A DNA stretch of 63,194 nucleotides, filler included, from Octopus bimaculoides (GCF_001194135.2; 6 parts of 6 records of this genome joined end to end with filler, not necessarily neighbours in it), one strand, 5' to 3'; shown: positions 26,214 through 40,039, numbered from the whole stretch's first letter. The notes: generated from the sequence alone by a model not told the origin. Program-made: numbers and translations.

Positions 26214-27327
26214 CCTTGTGTTTATAAAACATTAGCAAACTTTTTTTCTTTACTACAAATTTCATACTTGACGATTAGACCAAGTAACAAAATTTTTATT
26301 TTATTTTATTTTACTTTATTGGTGTTGTTTCCTATTTGCTTCTATTTAGAAATCAAAGGAAGTAACTACTATTCCCTTCAAACTTTGTTTTTGTGACCTG
26401 GATAGCAATGTTTTGAAACTGACCTATTTTCCATTACATTTTAGACAGATTCAGCACTGAATTGCTAATGCAGAAATATCATTATAGCAAATATTTTGCT
26501 CAATACCACAGATTTGCTTGACCATAACTGTTGAGCATATCTTTTAGTGGCTGACAATATGTGCATCTCTGATCATGAGCAGGATTAGTGGCGGAGAGCA
26601 ACATAGCCATGTGTTCAGAGGGATTCTATGGAATTTGAATAAAAGCAAGGTTTGAAGGAAGTGTTAGACATTTTTCATACTTTGTAGGGGTTAAGCAAAT
26701 AGGAAATAACATTTGCTAGCCAAGGACACAAATGGTGTTACACAGTGTTAGCACTGGGACTTTAGCTCCTTGGCCTCCACCCACTCTGAGCAACTGCCCA
26801 GTATGGCCAAGCTTTACACTCACCACAATACTTCATACTTCACTCTTAAATGCTAGTCATTACAGCTAATGTCTCACTGTCAGCTGGATAATAAACTCCA
26901 CATACATTTCATCATACAGTTTTAACTTTTGTATAAATCGCTTTTTGTTATCTATAAAAAATACTCCCCACTCCTTTGAAACTGGTTTTATTCTACTTGT
27001 ATTATAACATTACTCATAACAGAACTGCAGACAGCTTTCAGAATAGATAAGATTGAATTCTTCCCCAATTTTTCTCTTTTTCTTTTTATTTTCAGTTGCA
27101 GGGATTCTGATAATATTTTCTTTTTCTTCCTTTTTTCTTTTTTTTTTTCCAGTTTTCTTCACCAAATATTTTATTTTATAAAATACATATAAAAATAAGT
27201 TATTTTGTTTTGTTTAGCTTGCTATTTTCTTTCACCTCCTTTTCCACTGCTAAGGAAGTTGTTTAGCTTTGTCCATTGACAAAATAGGTTCAATGAATCA
27301 AATCTGTGGGCATCAATAAAGTCTCAC

Positions 27328-27464
27328 CTCAGCCATTCACCGAGTCAGTAATTTTGTTGAGCAGAAAGAGAGAGAGAGAGAGTGGGGGGAGCTAAATTTT
27401 CTATTTACTACAGGAATTTTGGCTGAAGTACGAAAAGACTCCACCCCTGCCCCAACTCAGACAA
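27328..27464 (-). CDS. Predicted exon with 5'UTR and start codon (ATG at 27336-27334, encodes M-A-E) of an unidentified minus-strand gene
   Basis: Acceptor cttttcttctcacccttatcctttcag, donor GAG|GTGAGA. The only ATG in the exon lies 9 nt before the donor, with an in-frame TGA directly upstream. Confidence 0.55.
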
Positions 27465-27723
27465 CTGAAAGGATAAGGGTGAGAAGAAAAGACTAGAGAA
27501 GCAACATTAAATGAAGCAAAAAATTACATAAATGCACTGTATGCACACACATACACACACATACATATGCATATACATACATACATATATACACACACAG
27601 ACACACACATGCATATATGCACACACACACATACATACATACATACATACATACATACATGCATGCATGCATGCATACATACATAGGTACATACATACGT
27701 ACATACATACATACACACATACA

Positions 27724-27754
<31 letters not shown>

Positions 27755-28123
27755 TTAATCTTAGATAGCATGCATTTAGTCACATTTAAAACTGAATTTA
27801 AGAAAAATTATTTAACAAAAATGAGAGAAAAAAAATGAAAATTGATTAGGAAAGTAGAAAACACAAAACAAAAAGTTGGAGAGAGGTTGGTAGGGGAAGT
27901 TGGAGGAGGGCATACTGTGGTGGGAAGTGAGGGGAGAGTTGGGTAGAAAAGTGTAAGGACAGCTGAATAAGTAACAGAAATGGAGATAAGACTATGAAAT
28001 AGCCCTGGTACAACATAACAGGGAACGAAAAACTAGAGAGACAGGCAGAGGAAGGTGAAGAAATGGTTGGTTCTATGTAAGTTTGTGTGCATAGACCCTG
28101 ATATTTTTATTTTTACTTTTATT

Positions 28124-28150
28124 ATTGTTATTATTATTATTATTATTATT

Positions 28151-28218
<68 letters not shown>
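28124..28218. repeat. Compound (ATT)n-(CAT)n-(ATT)n microsatellite
   Basis: Direct reading. Confidence 0.95.
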
Positions 28219-28221
<3 letters not shown>

Positions 28222-28959
28222 CAATCCAGGAATCAAAACCATAATCTTATAATCATGAGTACAACACTCTAACCACTAAGCTACATGCAAACGCGCACAC
28301 ACAAATGCTCACACGCATGCACGCACACACACACATGCACACACAAATACATACATTCGTACATACATACATACATACATACATACATACGTATGTACAT
28401 ACGTACATACATACATACACACACACATACGTATGTACATACATACATATACATACACACACATGTACACACACACACACACATACACATATAATTCATT
28501 AAGGTAGCTATTCACAATGTACAACCAAAAGGCCCAAGTGCAGTCATCAATAAAGTGACTGAGGGTGCAAGTCAGCACCAGCATTGCTAGAAATAAGAGT
28601 CAAAACAACTCTTAGCCATGGAGAAGCATTTATCTAATGACTGATAAGGGAGACAAGCTCCCTACAGCAAGTGAGATGGAGTCAGATCATTGATGATTCG
28701 AGGGTTTTGGATTTGATTAATCCTCATTAGTGACCCTTACTCAGTTGCCAGCATATGGCTAACTATTGTTTTGACATAAGCATATATGTATGTATGTATG
28801 TATGTAGGTATGTAGGTAGGTAGGTAGGTAGGTAGGTAGGTAGAATTATTTATATATGTGTACATATATATANNNNNNNNNNATTGCTGGTGAAGAGCTG
28901 CGCCTGCGCAGTAGATCTGAAAAAATTAGGATGTATAAACGAGAGGCATGGAATTGATT

Positions 28960-29290
28960 GCCTCGTGTTTATATATTTTAGTCTTGGGTATACTTGTTGA
29001 TAATGACTTCACCTAGCAAATTATCTTAATTGCGAAACAAAAGTCAGAAACCAATTGGTCCAGGAGAAGAGATGGTAAAAGTTTTTATTTTTCATTTTGT
29101 TCCTTTCGGGATTTTATCCCTAATTTTGTGGTTCCAGAACCTAGCTGTTCTTTCTAGCGTAAGGAATCCCATGAGTGGATTCCTCTTATGTATTCAAATA
29201 TACACTGTACCTTATATATATACTATCATTCCCATAAAAAATTTTTGCAGCTTTGAATAGACACTTACCCAAATCTTCAACCGGTACACA
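28960..29290 (-). mobile_element. Penelope-like RT remnant
   Basis: Colinear with 33790-34110; degenerate translation resembles the PLE RT region (NP...G..SK). Confidence 0.5.
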
Positions 29291-29639
29291 ATTAGATTTG
29301 CATTTTGCACTAGCAGAAACTTGGCCTGAATTATTGCGGTGCATAAAAACTGAAGTAAAATAGATAATAGAAATAATAATCATAGTGATAAATTCCAAGA
29401 ACATCAAGTGGAATGGCTAAATAGTCAATTGAATACAGTACTTGTTGACAACACAAGGGAAAATATATAGAATACTGGAGTCGGGCAGTGGAAGGGAGGT
29501 AACTGATACATTATTTAACTAAGTTAGCCACAAGTAATAAACTCTGGACAGAATAACAAACACACTCAAAAGTATAGCCTAAATGTAAACAACAGAAGAT
29601 CTTTGATAGAAGATCTATAAAAAATATAGAAGATAGAAA

Positions 29640-30110
29640 TATGAAGGAGGTATCTAATTCTGATTTCATTAGTGCAAGTAGAACAAGTATCACTATAAAT
29701 CTTTGTAGCTGTAGCAAGAAAATCTGCCCTCTCAATGCACAATGTTTCATGAAAAATATAGTATACAGGTGTAGGGTAATGTCTGGTAGGATTTCATTCT
29801 GTTATGTAAAAGCATGCTCAACTACCTTCAAGATGAGATTAGCAAATCATCTAGCTTCCTTCAAGGATAGAAAGAAAACGTATTGTACAAGCTTAAGTGA
29901 GTCTATTTGATCCCTAAAGGATAGAAATACTAATTTGATAGAAAATGGGAAATTATAGGCAAGGCAGAGCCTTGCATAATTGGAGGTAAGAAATGTAGTT
30001 TATGCCTGGGAGACATATTCCATATTTTCGTGTCTAAATACCAATTATTAAATAGCAAACAGGAATTGGTTCTAAAATGTGCACACCTTCACAGAAAAAC
30101 ATTCAAATAT
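29640..30110 (+). mobile_element. Penelope-like GIY-YIG endonuclease remnant
   Basis: CSCSKKICPLNAQCFMKNIVYRC...FKMRLANHLASFK...TSLSESI matches the PLE GIY-YIG pattern. Confidence 0.85.
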
Positions 30111-30289
30111 TTCCCAGGAAAATTTTTTTAATTAAGTAACTATCATATATATTGGAGTTTACTGGAGTTTACATGGTAAATATTAGTGCAGTATCTAGTC
30201 TGCCTATATCCTAGTAGCAATTCTCCAACTAATTAGTTTTCTTTGTAAGTAACACCTCACATATGAAATAATTTATTCTAGTGAGGTCG

Positions 30290-30547
30290 TTGCCAGTGCT
30301 GCTGGACTGACTCCTGTGCAGGTGGCACGTAAAAAGCACCATTTGAGAGTGGCCGTGCCGGTGGTGTGTAAAAGCACCCACTACACTCTCAGAGTGGTTT
30401 GCATTAGGAAGGGCATCCAGCTGTAGAAACTCTGCCAAATTAGATTGGAGCCTGGTGCAGCCATCCGGTTTGCCAGTCCTCAGTCAAATCGTCTAACCCA
30501 TGCTAGCATGGAAAGCGGACGTTAAATGATAACGATTATGATGATGA
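30290..30547 (+). mobile_element. SINE with (GAT)n tail
   Basis: Near-identical to 1-193. Confidence 0.85.
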
Positions 30548-31196
30548 TTTAGGACATTATCTACTTGCAAATTTAGGATTGATGTTTATAGTTAAAAATT
30601 TAGATTTCACTTTAGGTGAAAGTATTCTAACATATTGTGTACCCTGGCCTCACAAGTAGATTCTGCATATCTTATATTTCTAAATTATATTTGACTCAGT
30701 GACCCTTAATTGTATACATCAATCACTGAAATTTATTCCTTTTTACTTCGCTTAAGGCTAGTGGATGGAATATACTCTGACCTAGCTTAGGATCTAGCAT
30801 TCATAATTTGAATTTCAAACCTTAGGGTCATCTTAAGGTTATTCTGATAACTGATTTTGTAACTATGTCAGATTTCTAAATATTCCTCTCTCACATTCTT
30901 TTCACTTAAAATCTATCATCTCCTACCAAATCTAATATTATCTAAACTGTCATATTTCAGTTCACTTAAAACTATAATAGTGGCAACACCTTGGAAAACG
31001 CTGCAAAGACTCTTAACCAGATGAACAAACTGGATGCAAATGTAAACCACATTGTGAGATTTCCCTGCAACAGAAACGTATGCCCAACAGATTTAAACTA
31101 AATATACTGCATAATCGAATATAATAATAAAAACTGTGTACATGTATTATTCTCTTAATTTATATGAATTTCCTTATATATATATATATATATATA

Positions 31197-31429
31197 TCAT
31201 CATCATCATCATCATCATCATCGTTTAACGTCCGCTTTCCAGGCTAGCATGGGTTGGACGATTTGACTGAGGACTGGTGCAACCGGATAGCTACACCAGG
31301 CTCCAATCTAATTTGGCAGAGTTTCTACAGCTGGATGCCCTTCCTAACGCCAACCACTCAGAGAGTGTAGTGGGTGCTTTTACGTATCACCCACACGAAA
31401 ACGGCCACGCTCAAAATGGTGTCTTTTAT
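31197..31429 (-). mobile_element. SINE with (GAT)n tail
   Basis: Reverse complement of 1-193. Confidence 0.85.
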
Positions 31430-32894
31430 NNNNNNNNNNNNNNNNNNNNNNNNNNNNNNNNNNNNNNNNNNNNTTAATTAATTAANNNNNNNNNNNNNNN
31501 NNNNNNNNNNNNNNNNNNNNNNNNNNNNNTTCTCAAACATAAAGTAGGTATAGGTATGTTTTTTTTCATGTGTGTATATGTTTGTGTGACTGTGTTTGTC
31601 CCGATGGTGGTGTGTTTACGTCCTCGTAACTTAGCGGTTCGGCAAAACAGACCGATAGATTAAGTACTAGGCATCCAAAGAATAAGTCCTCGATTTGCTC
31701 GACTAAAGGCGGTGCTCCAGCATGGCCACAGTCAAATGACTGAAACAAGTAAAAGAGTATTATAAAAAAGTTATGAGAAAGTTGGTATGGGGCACTAAAC
31801 AGTAGTTATACACTACCTTTGCATCCTCCCATCCCTCCGTCTTTCGATGAATTAATAATGCAGGGGAGAGAAATCTGTCAGGACACATATTTTTGTTTCG
31901 CTTTCATTAAAAAAAATTCTATAATCGAAAATTTGTATAATTTTTCTCACCATTTAATGTTCACAAGTAAATAGCTTTTTTTTTTTTTTATCAATATTGA
32001 CATCTAGAATACGTTTCAGTTATTTACATCCACAATGGAAAGTCATAATTACAGAAAATATGAGTTGGGGTCCTACAGACGTTTTTNNNNNNNNNNNNNN
32101 NNNNNNNNNNNNNNNNNNNNNNNNNNNNNNNNNNNNNNNNNNNNNNNNNNNNNNNNNNNNNNNNNNNNNNNNNNNNNNNNNNNNNNNNNNNNNNNNNNNN
32201 NNNNNNNNNNNNNNNNNNNNNNNNNNNNNNNNNNNNNNNNNNNNNNNNNNNNNNNNNNNNNNNNNNNNNNNNNNNNNNNNNNNNNNNNNNNNNNNNNNNN
32301 NNNNNNNNNNNNNNNNNNNNNNNNNNNNNNNNNNNNNNNNNNNNNNNNNNNNNNNNNNNNNNNNNNNNNNNNNNNNNNNNNNNNNNNNNNNNNNNNNNNN
32401 NNNNNNNNNNNNNNNNNNNNNNNNNNNNNNNNNNNNNNNNNNNNNNNNNNNNNNNNNNNNNNNNNNNNNNNNNNNNNNNNNNNNNNNNNNNNNNNNNNNN
32501 NNNNNNNNNNNNNNNNNNNNNNNNNNNNNNNNNNNNNNNNNNNNNNNNNNNNNNNNNNNNNNNNNNNNNNNNNNNNNNNNNNNNNNNNNNNNNNNNNNNN
32601 NNNNNNNNNNNNNNNNNNNNNNNNNNNNNNNNNNNNNNNNNNNNNNNNNNNNNNNNNNNNNNNNNNNNNNNNNNNNNNNNNNNNNNNNNNNNNNNNNNNN
32701 NNNNNNNNNNNNNNNNNNNNNNNNNNNNNNNNNNNNNNNNNNNNNNNNNNNNNNNNNNNNNNNNNNNNNNNNNNNNNNNNNNNNNNNNNNNNNNNNNNNN
32801 NNNNNNNNNNNNNNNNNNNNNNNNNNNNNNNNNNTATATATATATATAAGATAAATATATATATATAAACATATATATAAACATAAATATATAT

Positions 32895-33760
32895 AGTTAA
32901 CAGGAAAGAGAAGCAAAAAGACAAAAACCCAAACACCAAAAGGAAAAGCGAAGCAGCATAAGTATAGAAACAGACAGAGCCCAGGTTGCATGTAAATTCT
33001 ACGTAAATGGCACCTGCTGGCATGGAGAAACAGGAGCGGGCTACAGCTTTACCCATCCCAAAACTTACCAAACTTATGAGAAAAACAAAACAAGGAAACT
33101 TGAAACAAAAACAGCAAAAACATAGAGGGATATCATCAAGCATGGATCTGCGGAAAAATACTGCTGCAGTTGAAGAAACCCGTCTGAAAAGAGCAGGAAA
33201 AGAGATCAAGGCATGCATTCTGCACCCTTCAAAAGTCAATATGCAGAGGCTGTACGAACTGCAGCTATCAAACAATCTTTTTTGAACATGGCCCAGAAGA
33301 TAATGCAGCAGCTGACATGGATGCACAGAATGCAGACTCAAAGCCCTGCATTCCAATGCACAAGGCCACCCCAGGTGACAGGCCCAGGATGGCCACCACT
33401 AACACCTACCCCGATATCGCACCCATACTCCTACTGAATATTGGAGGTTTGTTACAACTCAGCAACAGAGGTAAAATTCTCTATCTAAAAGAACTTGCTA
33501 CATGCAATCAAGCAATATGCATGGCACCCACTGAAACGCATCTAGCCCCTGATGTAACAGATGCAGAAGTGCACATACCTGGGTTTGGTGTATTTTATAC
33601 AGACAGAAGAGAAAGAAGCCACGGCGGAGCTGCTATGTACGTCCGTGAAGACGTCACACCTCTTGTATTATTGTCACATTCAAACTGTTTGTGACACCTT
33701 AATAATACATAGCAAACTGATATTGTCCAGTAGGTCCCAAAAAATTTTTGGGAAAAATTA
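32895..33760 (+). mobile_element. CR1/L2-group LINE fragment (ORF1 end plus APE endonuclease)
   Basis: LLNIGGL...TETHL...DAEVHIPGF...DRRERSHGGAAMYVR is the APE signature. Confidence 0.85.
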
Positions 33761-33789
33761 AACATATAAGCACAAGTCATGTTTTCTAT

Positions 33790-34110
33790 GTAGTGCCTCA
33801 TGTGTATATGTTAATCTAGGCTATTCCGCTGATGATAGTTGGCCTTGCAAAATAATTTATTTTGTTAAGATAACTTGAAACCTGGTTCAGTATATAGATG
33901 GTAAATGTTTTTATTTTTCATTCCTTTTCAAAATTATCCCTGTAGAGCTTTGGCTGCTCTTTCTAGCGGGTTAGATGTCCTATTATAGGCATCTCTGATG
34001 TGTTTTAAATGTACACTGTATTTTAAATGAATAATATATAGTCTATTGACTAATTTTTTCTTCTCGCTAGACCACCAGTAGTAAATTGAATTTCTAAAAT
34101 TTTTTTGCTA
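33790..34110 (-). mobile_element. Penelope-like RT remnant
   Basis: Homologous to 28960-29290. Confidence 0.5.
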
Positions 34111-34123
34111 CACTGAGATTTAT

Positions 34124-34161
<38 letters not shown>

Positions 34162-34264
34162 ATATAGACATATACCCAAACATCTGAATGTGTACGTGTC
34201 ATTTATCTTTCCCTTGTTTCAGCCTGTAATTTGTGGCCATGCTTGAGCACTATCATTAGTCTTA

Positions 34265-34700
34265 CTTAATCCACCCTTCTTTGCATTTCGTGAATGAGAG
34301 ATTTTGAAGTTGATGCTTCTCAATTGTCTTTCTTGTTGTGAAGTAAGCTGATTTGGAATTATTCAAGATAGTTGAAGATCCACTTGCTATTCGAAAACAT
34401 TTACGTTCACACAGGTCTTTCAGTCAGTGTCTGACTCTTAAATCTGAGTGGTGTCTAGTCCTCAATCTGGATGGTAAGGATAGGATCTCTAACGTTATCC
34501 AGCGGCATTTTGTTCAGAGATCTGATGCCAAAGTTTAGTGCAAGTCCTTCCAGAATCTCCCAGGCATATATTATTGTAGATTGTTCCCATCTTTGCTCTC
34601 GGGAGCAAAGTCCTAACTTTTCCAGCTTTTCCCCAGGAGCTGATCTGTTCTGCATGAAGCAGCATTGGTTTTATGTGCGAGATGTTTTATGTGCGAGATG
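34265..34700 (-). mobile_element. CR1-group LINE 3' end
   Basis: LEKLGLCSREQRWEQSTIIYAWEILEGLALNFGI resembles the CR1 C-terminus (LYSLERRRERY.IIY.WKILEGL.PNFGI). Confidence 0.8.
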
Positions 34701-35136
34701 TTTTCATTATGGGCTATCTAGGCTTAAATATCGGCTCTTCAGCCCTTTCGGTTCCAGCAGGTCACATAACCTAGTGATTAGCTAAAATTGTTGTTTGTAT
34801 TGGTCGGCTTCCAGCAGCGCAACAGTTCATTTTTCCTTGCGCGGGAAATTAATCACCAGCTCCTGGGAGCCTACTAGTCCCTATAAAGATGGTAGTCCTT
34901 GACTACTCTAGGTCTTTGGCACAAGCCACTGACCACATGCAGCTCATCTCAGACAATGTATCTGACACCAGCCAGTCTCCGCTTTCATCTCTACCAGACA
35001 CCTGCCTACATCATTAAACACTGTATAAACACTACACATCCAACAGACCAACGGCTGCCTCTACACAGCACCAAACAGAACGTCAACTTTGTCTACAGAT
35101 CAACAGTCCAGCCTAGCCATGAAATTGCTCATGCAT

Positions 35137-35524
35137 CTTTTACTTGTTTCAGTCATTTGACTGCGGCCATGCTGGAGCACTGCCTTTAGTTGAGCAAATC
35201 GACCCCAGGACTTATTCTTTGTAAGCCTAGTACTTATTCTATCGGTCTCTTTTGCCGAACCGCTGAGTTACGAGGACGTAAACACACCAGCGTCGGTTGT
35301 CAAGCGATGTTGGGGGGACAAACACAGACACAAACAAATACACACACATATACATATATACGACGGGCTTCTTTCAGTTTCCGTCTACCAAATCCACTCA
35401 CAAGGCTTTGGTCGGCCCGAGGCTATAGTAGAAGACACTTGCCCGAGGTACCACGCAGTGGGACTGAACCCGGAACCATGTGGTTGGTAAGCAGGCCACT
35501 TACCACACAGCCACTCCTACGCCT
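35137..35524 (-). mobile_element. Well-preserved full-length tRNA-derived SINE
   Basis: Head aggcgtaggagtggctgtgtggtaag...ccgggttcagtccc; CpGs retained. Confidence 0.9.
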
Positions 35525-36427
35525 TTTTTTCTTTTCCTGTATGGCAATCATTGTATTTTATAACGGAGAATAACCTGTCACTTACCAGTTCATTTCATCT
35601 CAAGTCGTATATCATTTCCACATTTTCCTTTATTACCAACCTTCGTTATAGGTTCCTTCATGTGCTGCCATTGATTTTACACTGTGGTGACCATAATTGG
35701 GAATAATAGTCTAGATGGCTGAAGACAAATACCCTTTAGAGAACCATCTTGGTTTCCTGCCCTTTTTTTCTATTAAGTTCTTAGAATCCATCTGGTCAGC
35801 TGCCATTATTTCCTTGTCCACTTACCTATCTGTACAGTATAATAATAATGGTTTCAAATTTTGCCACAAGAGCAGCAGTTTTGTGGGGAAGGGATGAGTC
35901 ATTTACATTAACCCCAGCGTTTAACTGGTACTTATTTTATCGACACTGAAAGGTTGAAAGATAAAGCCGACCTCAATGGAATTTGAACTCAGAATGTAAT
36001 GATGGGCAAAATACTGCTAAGCATTTCGCTCAGTGCACTCATGATTCTGCCAGCTCACCGCCTTCTTCTTCTTCTTAATAATAATAATAATGACGACGAC
36101 GACGACTCCAACCACGAGTCTGCTACCCTAACCACTGGGCCATTGCGCCTCCACTCACCAAAGAAATAACCAAACACAATTTGGAATAGTTGCATTGTTT
36201 TTTTGTTTTTTTTAATTTTTAAAATTTTATTCATCTTTAAAAAGTTAATGACGTAGGAGTGGGTGGGGGAGTTGCAATTAAATTACATCCAATGAAAAGG
36301 AGAAAAAAAAAAGAACAATTTACTTTTNNNNNNNNNNNNNNNNNNNNNNNNNNNNNNNNNNNNNNNNNNNNTTAATTAATTAANNNNNNNNNNNNNNNNN
36401 NNNNNNNNNNNNNNNNNNNNNNNNNNN

Positions 36428-36431
36428 ATCA

Positions 36432-36505
<74 letters not shown>

Positions 36506-36514
36506 TTGCTGCTG

Positions 36515-36559
<45 letters not shown>

Positions 36560-36619
36560 ACACTATCACTGCCACTACTACTACTACTACCACAACGACC
36601 AACACCCCACTATACTACA

Positions 36620-36671
<52 letters not shown>

Positions 36672-36672
36672 T
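36428..36672. repeat. Interrupted (TAC)n microsatellite
   Basis: Direct reading. Confidence 0.95.
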
Positions 36673-36779
36673 AATGTCTAACACCACTACCCCCTCCCCC
36701 CACCTATTCTAACATCTGTCATTCGTTCTGAGAACGAGGCGCAAAGATTGCTATCACATCCAAAACAGAAACACAAAAC

Positions 36780-36805
36780 GGATATTGGCCGGCAGCCATT
36801 TTAAC
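36780..36805 (-). promoter_or_regulatory. YY1-like motif (AAAATGGCTGCC) next to a CCAAT motif
   Basis: Plus strand reads gatattggccggcagccatttt. YY1 motifs are commonly found just downstream of animal TSSs. Confidence 0.35.
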
Positions 36806-37045
36806 ACTTCGTTATTTTTTTCTCTCTAGCACACATATGCACATGCGCACATGCGCACATACTCACCCATATGCACGCGTAGATGTGGGCAAAACGAGCA
36901 GATATACACACACAAAAATCCACGTAATGAAACGGAGGTATTATATATATATATATATGTGTGTGTGTGTGCATGTATATATATATATGTATATTTATAC
37001 ATATATGCATACATATGTACGCACATATATATACATGCATGTAAC

Positions 37046-37078
<33 letters not shown>

Positions 37079-37164
37079 ATATATAACCACACATACTCCA
37101 ACACGCATAGAAACATATGCATGCCTACGCGGATATATATATATATACGCGCGTGTGTGCGTAT

Positions 37165-37198
<34 letters not shown>

Positions 37199-37370
37199 GC
37201 ATTAACGCACACATATACATATATATATATATATATATATATGAGTGTGTGTGTGTATGTGTGTGTGTGTATAAATATATACGTGCATATACACATCCAG
37301 AATAATCCAACACACAGGTACATAAAACAAAGTGGGCCTAGATAGCCACATATACAAATGTACGTTTGCA

Positions 37371-37414
<44 letters not shown>

Positions 37415-38198
37415 NNNNNNNNNNNNNNNNNNNNNNNNNNNNNNNNNNNNNNNNNNNNNNNNNNNNNNNNNNNNNNNNNNNNNNNNNNNNNNNNNNNNNN
37501 NNNNNNNNNNNNNNNNNNNNNNNNNNNNNNNNNNNNNNNNNNNNNNNNNNNNNNNNNNNNNNNNNNNNNNNNNNNNNNNNNNNNNNNNNNNNNNNNNNNN
37601 NNNNNNNNNNNNNNNNNNNNNNNNNNNNNNNNNNNNNNNNNNNNNNNNNNNNNNNNNNNNNNNNNNNNNNNNNNNNNNNNNNNNNNNNNNNNNNNNNNNN
37701 NNNNNNNNNNNNNNNNNNNNNNNNNNNNNNNNNNNNNNNNNNNNNNNNNNNNNNNNNNNNNNNNNNNNNNNNNNNNNNNNNNNNNNNNNNNNNNNNNNNN
37801 NNNNNNNNNNNNNNNNNNNNNNNNNNNNNNNNNNNNNNNNNNNNNNNNNNNNNNNNNNNNNNNNNNNNNNNNNNNNNNNNNNNNNNNNNNNNNNNNNNNN
37901 NNNNNNNNNNNNNNNNNNNNNNNNNNNNNNNNNNNNNNNNNNNNNNNNNNNNNNNNNNNNNNNNNNNNNNNNNNNNNNNNNNNNNNNNNNNNNNNNNNNN
38001 NNNNNNNNNNNNNNNNNNNNNNNNNNNNNNNNNNNNNNNNNNNNNNNNNNNNNNNNNNNNNNNNNNNNNNNNNNNNNNNNNNNNNNNNNNNNNNNNNNNN
38101 NNNNNNNNNNNNNNNNNNNNNNNNNNNNNNNNNNNNNNNNNNNNNNNNNNNNNNNNNNNNNNNNNNNNNNNNNNNNNNNNNNNNNNNNNNNNNNNNNN

Positions 38199-38241
<43 letters not shown>

Positions 38242-38348
38242 TATATATATAAATAAATATATATACATATATATCTGTCTGTCTGTCTATTTATCTATCT
38301 ATCTAGGTAACTATCTATCTATCTATCTATCTATATTTTCTATCTCTC

Positions 38349-38386
<38 letters not shown>

Positions 38387-38489
38387 CACACATTTAAATA
38401 AGTCAGTATATATACATATATTTCATTCATATATATCTTTGTTTATCTGTGTCTCTGTCTTTCTGTCTGTCTGTCTGTGTCTCTGTCTT

Positions 38490-38540
<51 letters not shown>

Positions 38541-38662
38541 ACGCATATATTATATAACATACATCCACTTAGATATATACACACGCTCACTCTCTCTCTC
38601 TTATACCGTCTTTACCCCTTTCATTCTCGTTGCCCTCTCAGTCTATCTCTCTCTGTAAAACC

Positions 38663-38714
<52 letters not shown>

Positions 38715-39485
38715 CACTCACACACACATCCGACCATAACGCAATCGATAAAGCTAACAAGCGCGGGAACAAGCCGCAGCGCCATCTGACATAATTTGAT
38801 TGAGGTGAATAGCGAATGTGGCGAGTGGTTGTCACGGGTAACGGTGGCATTGGGATAAAATAATAATAATAATANNNNNNNNNNNNNNNNNNNNNNNNNN
38901 NNNNNNNNNNNNNNNNNNNNNNNNNNNNNNNNNNNNNNNNNNNNNNNNNNNNNNNNNNNNNNNNNNNNNNNNNNNNNNNNNNNNNNNNNNNNNNNNNNNN
39001 NNNNNNNNNNNNNNNNNNNNNNNNNNNNNNNNNNNNNNNNNNNNNNNNNNNNNNNNNNNNNNNNNNNNNNNNNNNNNNNNNNNNNNNNNNNNNNNNNNNN
39101 NNNNNNNNNNNNNNNNNNNNNNNNNNNNNNNNNNNNNNNNNNNNNNNNNNNNNNNNNNNNNNNNNNNNNNNNNNNNNNNNNNNNNNNNNNNNNNNNNNNN
39201 NNNNNNNNNNNNNNNNNNNNNNNNNNNNNNNNNNNNNNNNNNNNNNNNNNNNNNNNNNNNNNNNNNNNNNNNNNNNNNNNNNNNNNNNNNNNNNNNNNNN
39301 NNNNNNNNNNNNNNNNNNNNNNNNNNNNNNNNNNNNNNNNNNNNNNNNNNNNNNNNNNNNNNNNNNNNNNNNNNNNNNNNNNNNNNNNNNNNNNNNNNNN
39401 NNNNNNNNNNNNNNNNNNNNNNNNNNNNNNNNNNNNNNNNNNNNNNNNNNNNNNNNNNNNNNNNNNNNNNNNNNNNNNNNNNNNN

Positions 39486-39531
<46 letters not shown>

Positions 39532-40039
39532 GAGTTCGAAATGAGAAGTGATGTACCTATCGGTTACCCTGTTTCTTCTAAAATCGGTTAACCACACGTT
39601 GCTAGACTCTGGTAAGTATTCTCGCTTGGGAAACTCGAGTGACCTGTTCCGGACTGCATAATTTCCGTTGAGTGACTAATATTATTAATTATTGTAAGAA
39701 GAACGAAGATTTTTCCACGTCTATAAGATTATAAAGATTCCTTCAGCTACACTTCGAATGGCAGTAAATAATGGACTCTGATGAAACTGTACCAGCCAAT
39801 GGCAGCAGGGTACATATCTAACAATGCGCAGTCGATGCAGTTGAAACACGCGTAGGTCCACAGAAGAATGCTGTAAATGACTGTTTAATGAAATTATAGA
39901 TGTGGAAAATCTCCGTTCTTCTGATCATTATAAACATACATACATACACATGCATACATACATGCATGCATACGTACATATATACATACATACATACATG
40001 CATGCATACGTACATATATACATACATACATACATAGTC

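Larger units (their letters stand above)
36159..36830 (-). other. Candidate first (5'UTR) exon of the minus-strand gene
   Basis: CpG-containing unique patch with AAAATGGCTGCC near 36800, and donor TTG|GTGAGT at 36158. The interval includes a gap and a (TAG)n tract; the 5' boundary is approximate. Confidence 0.35.
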
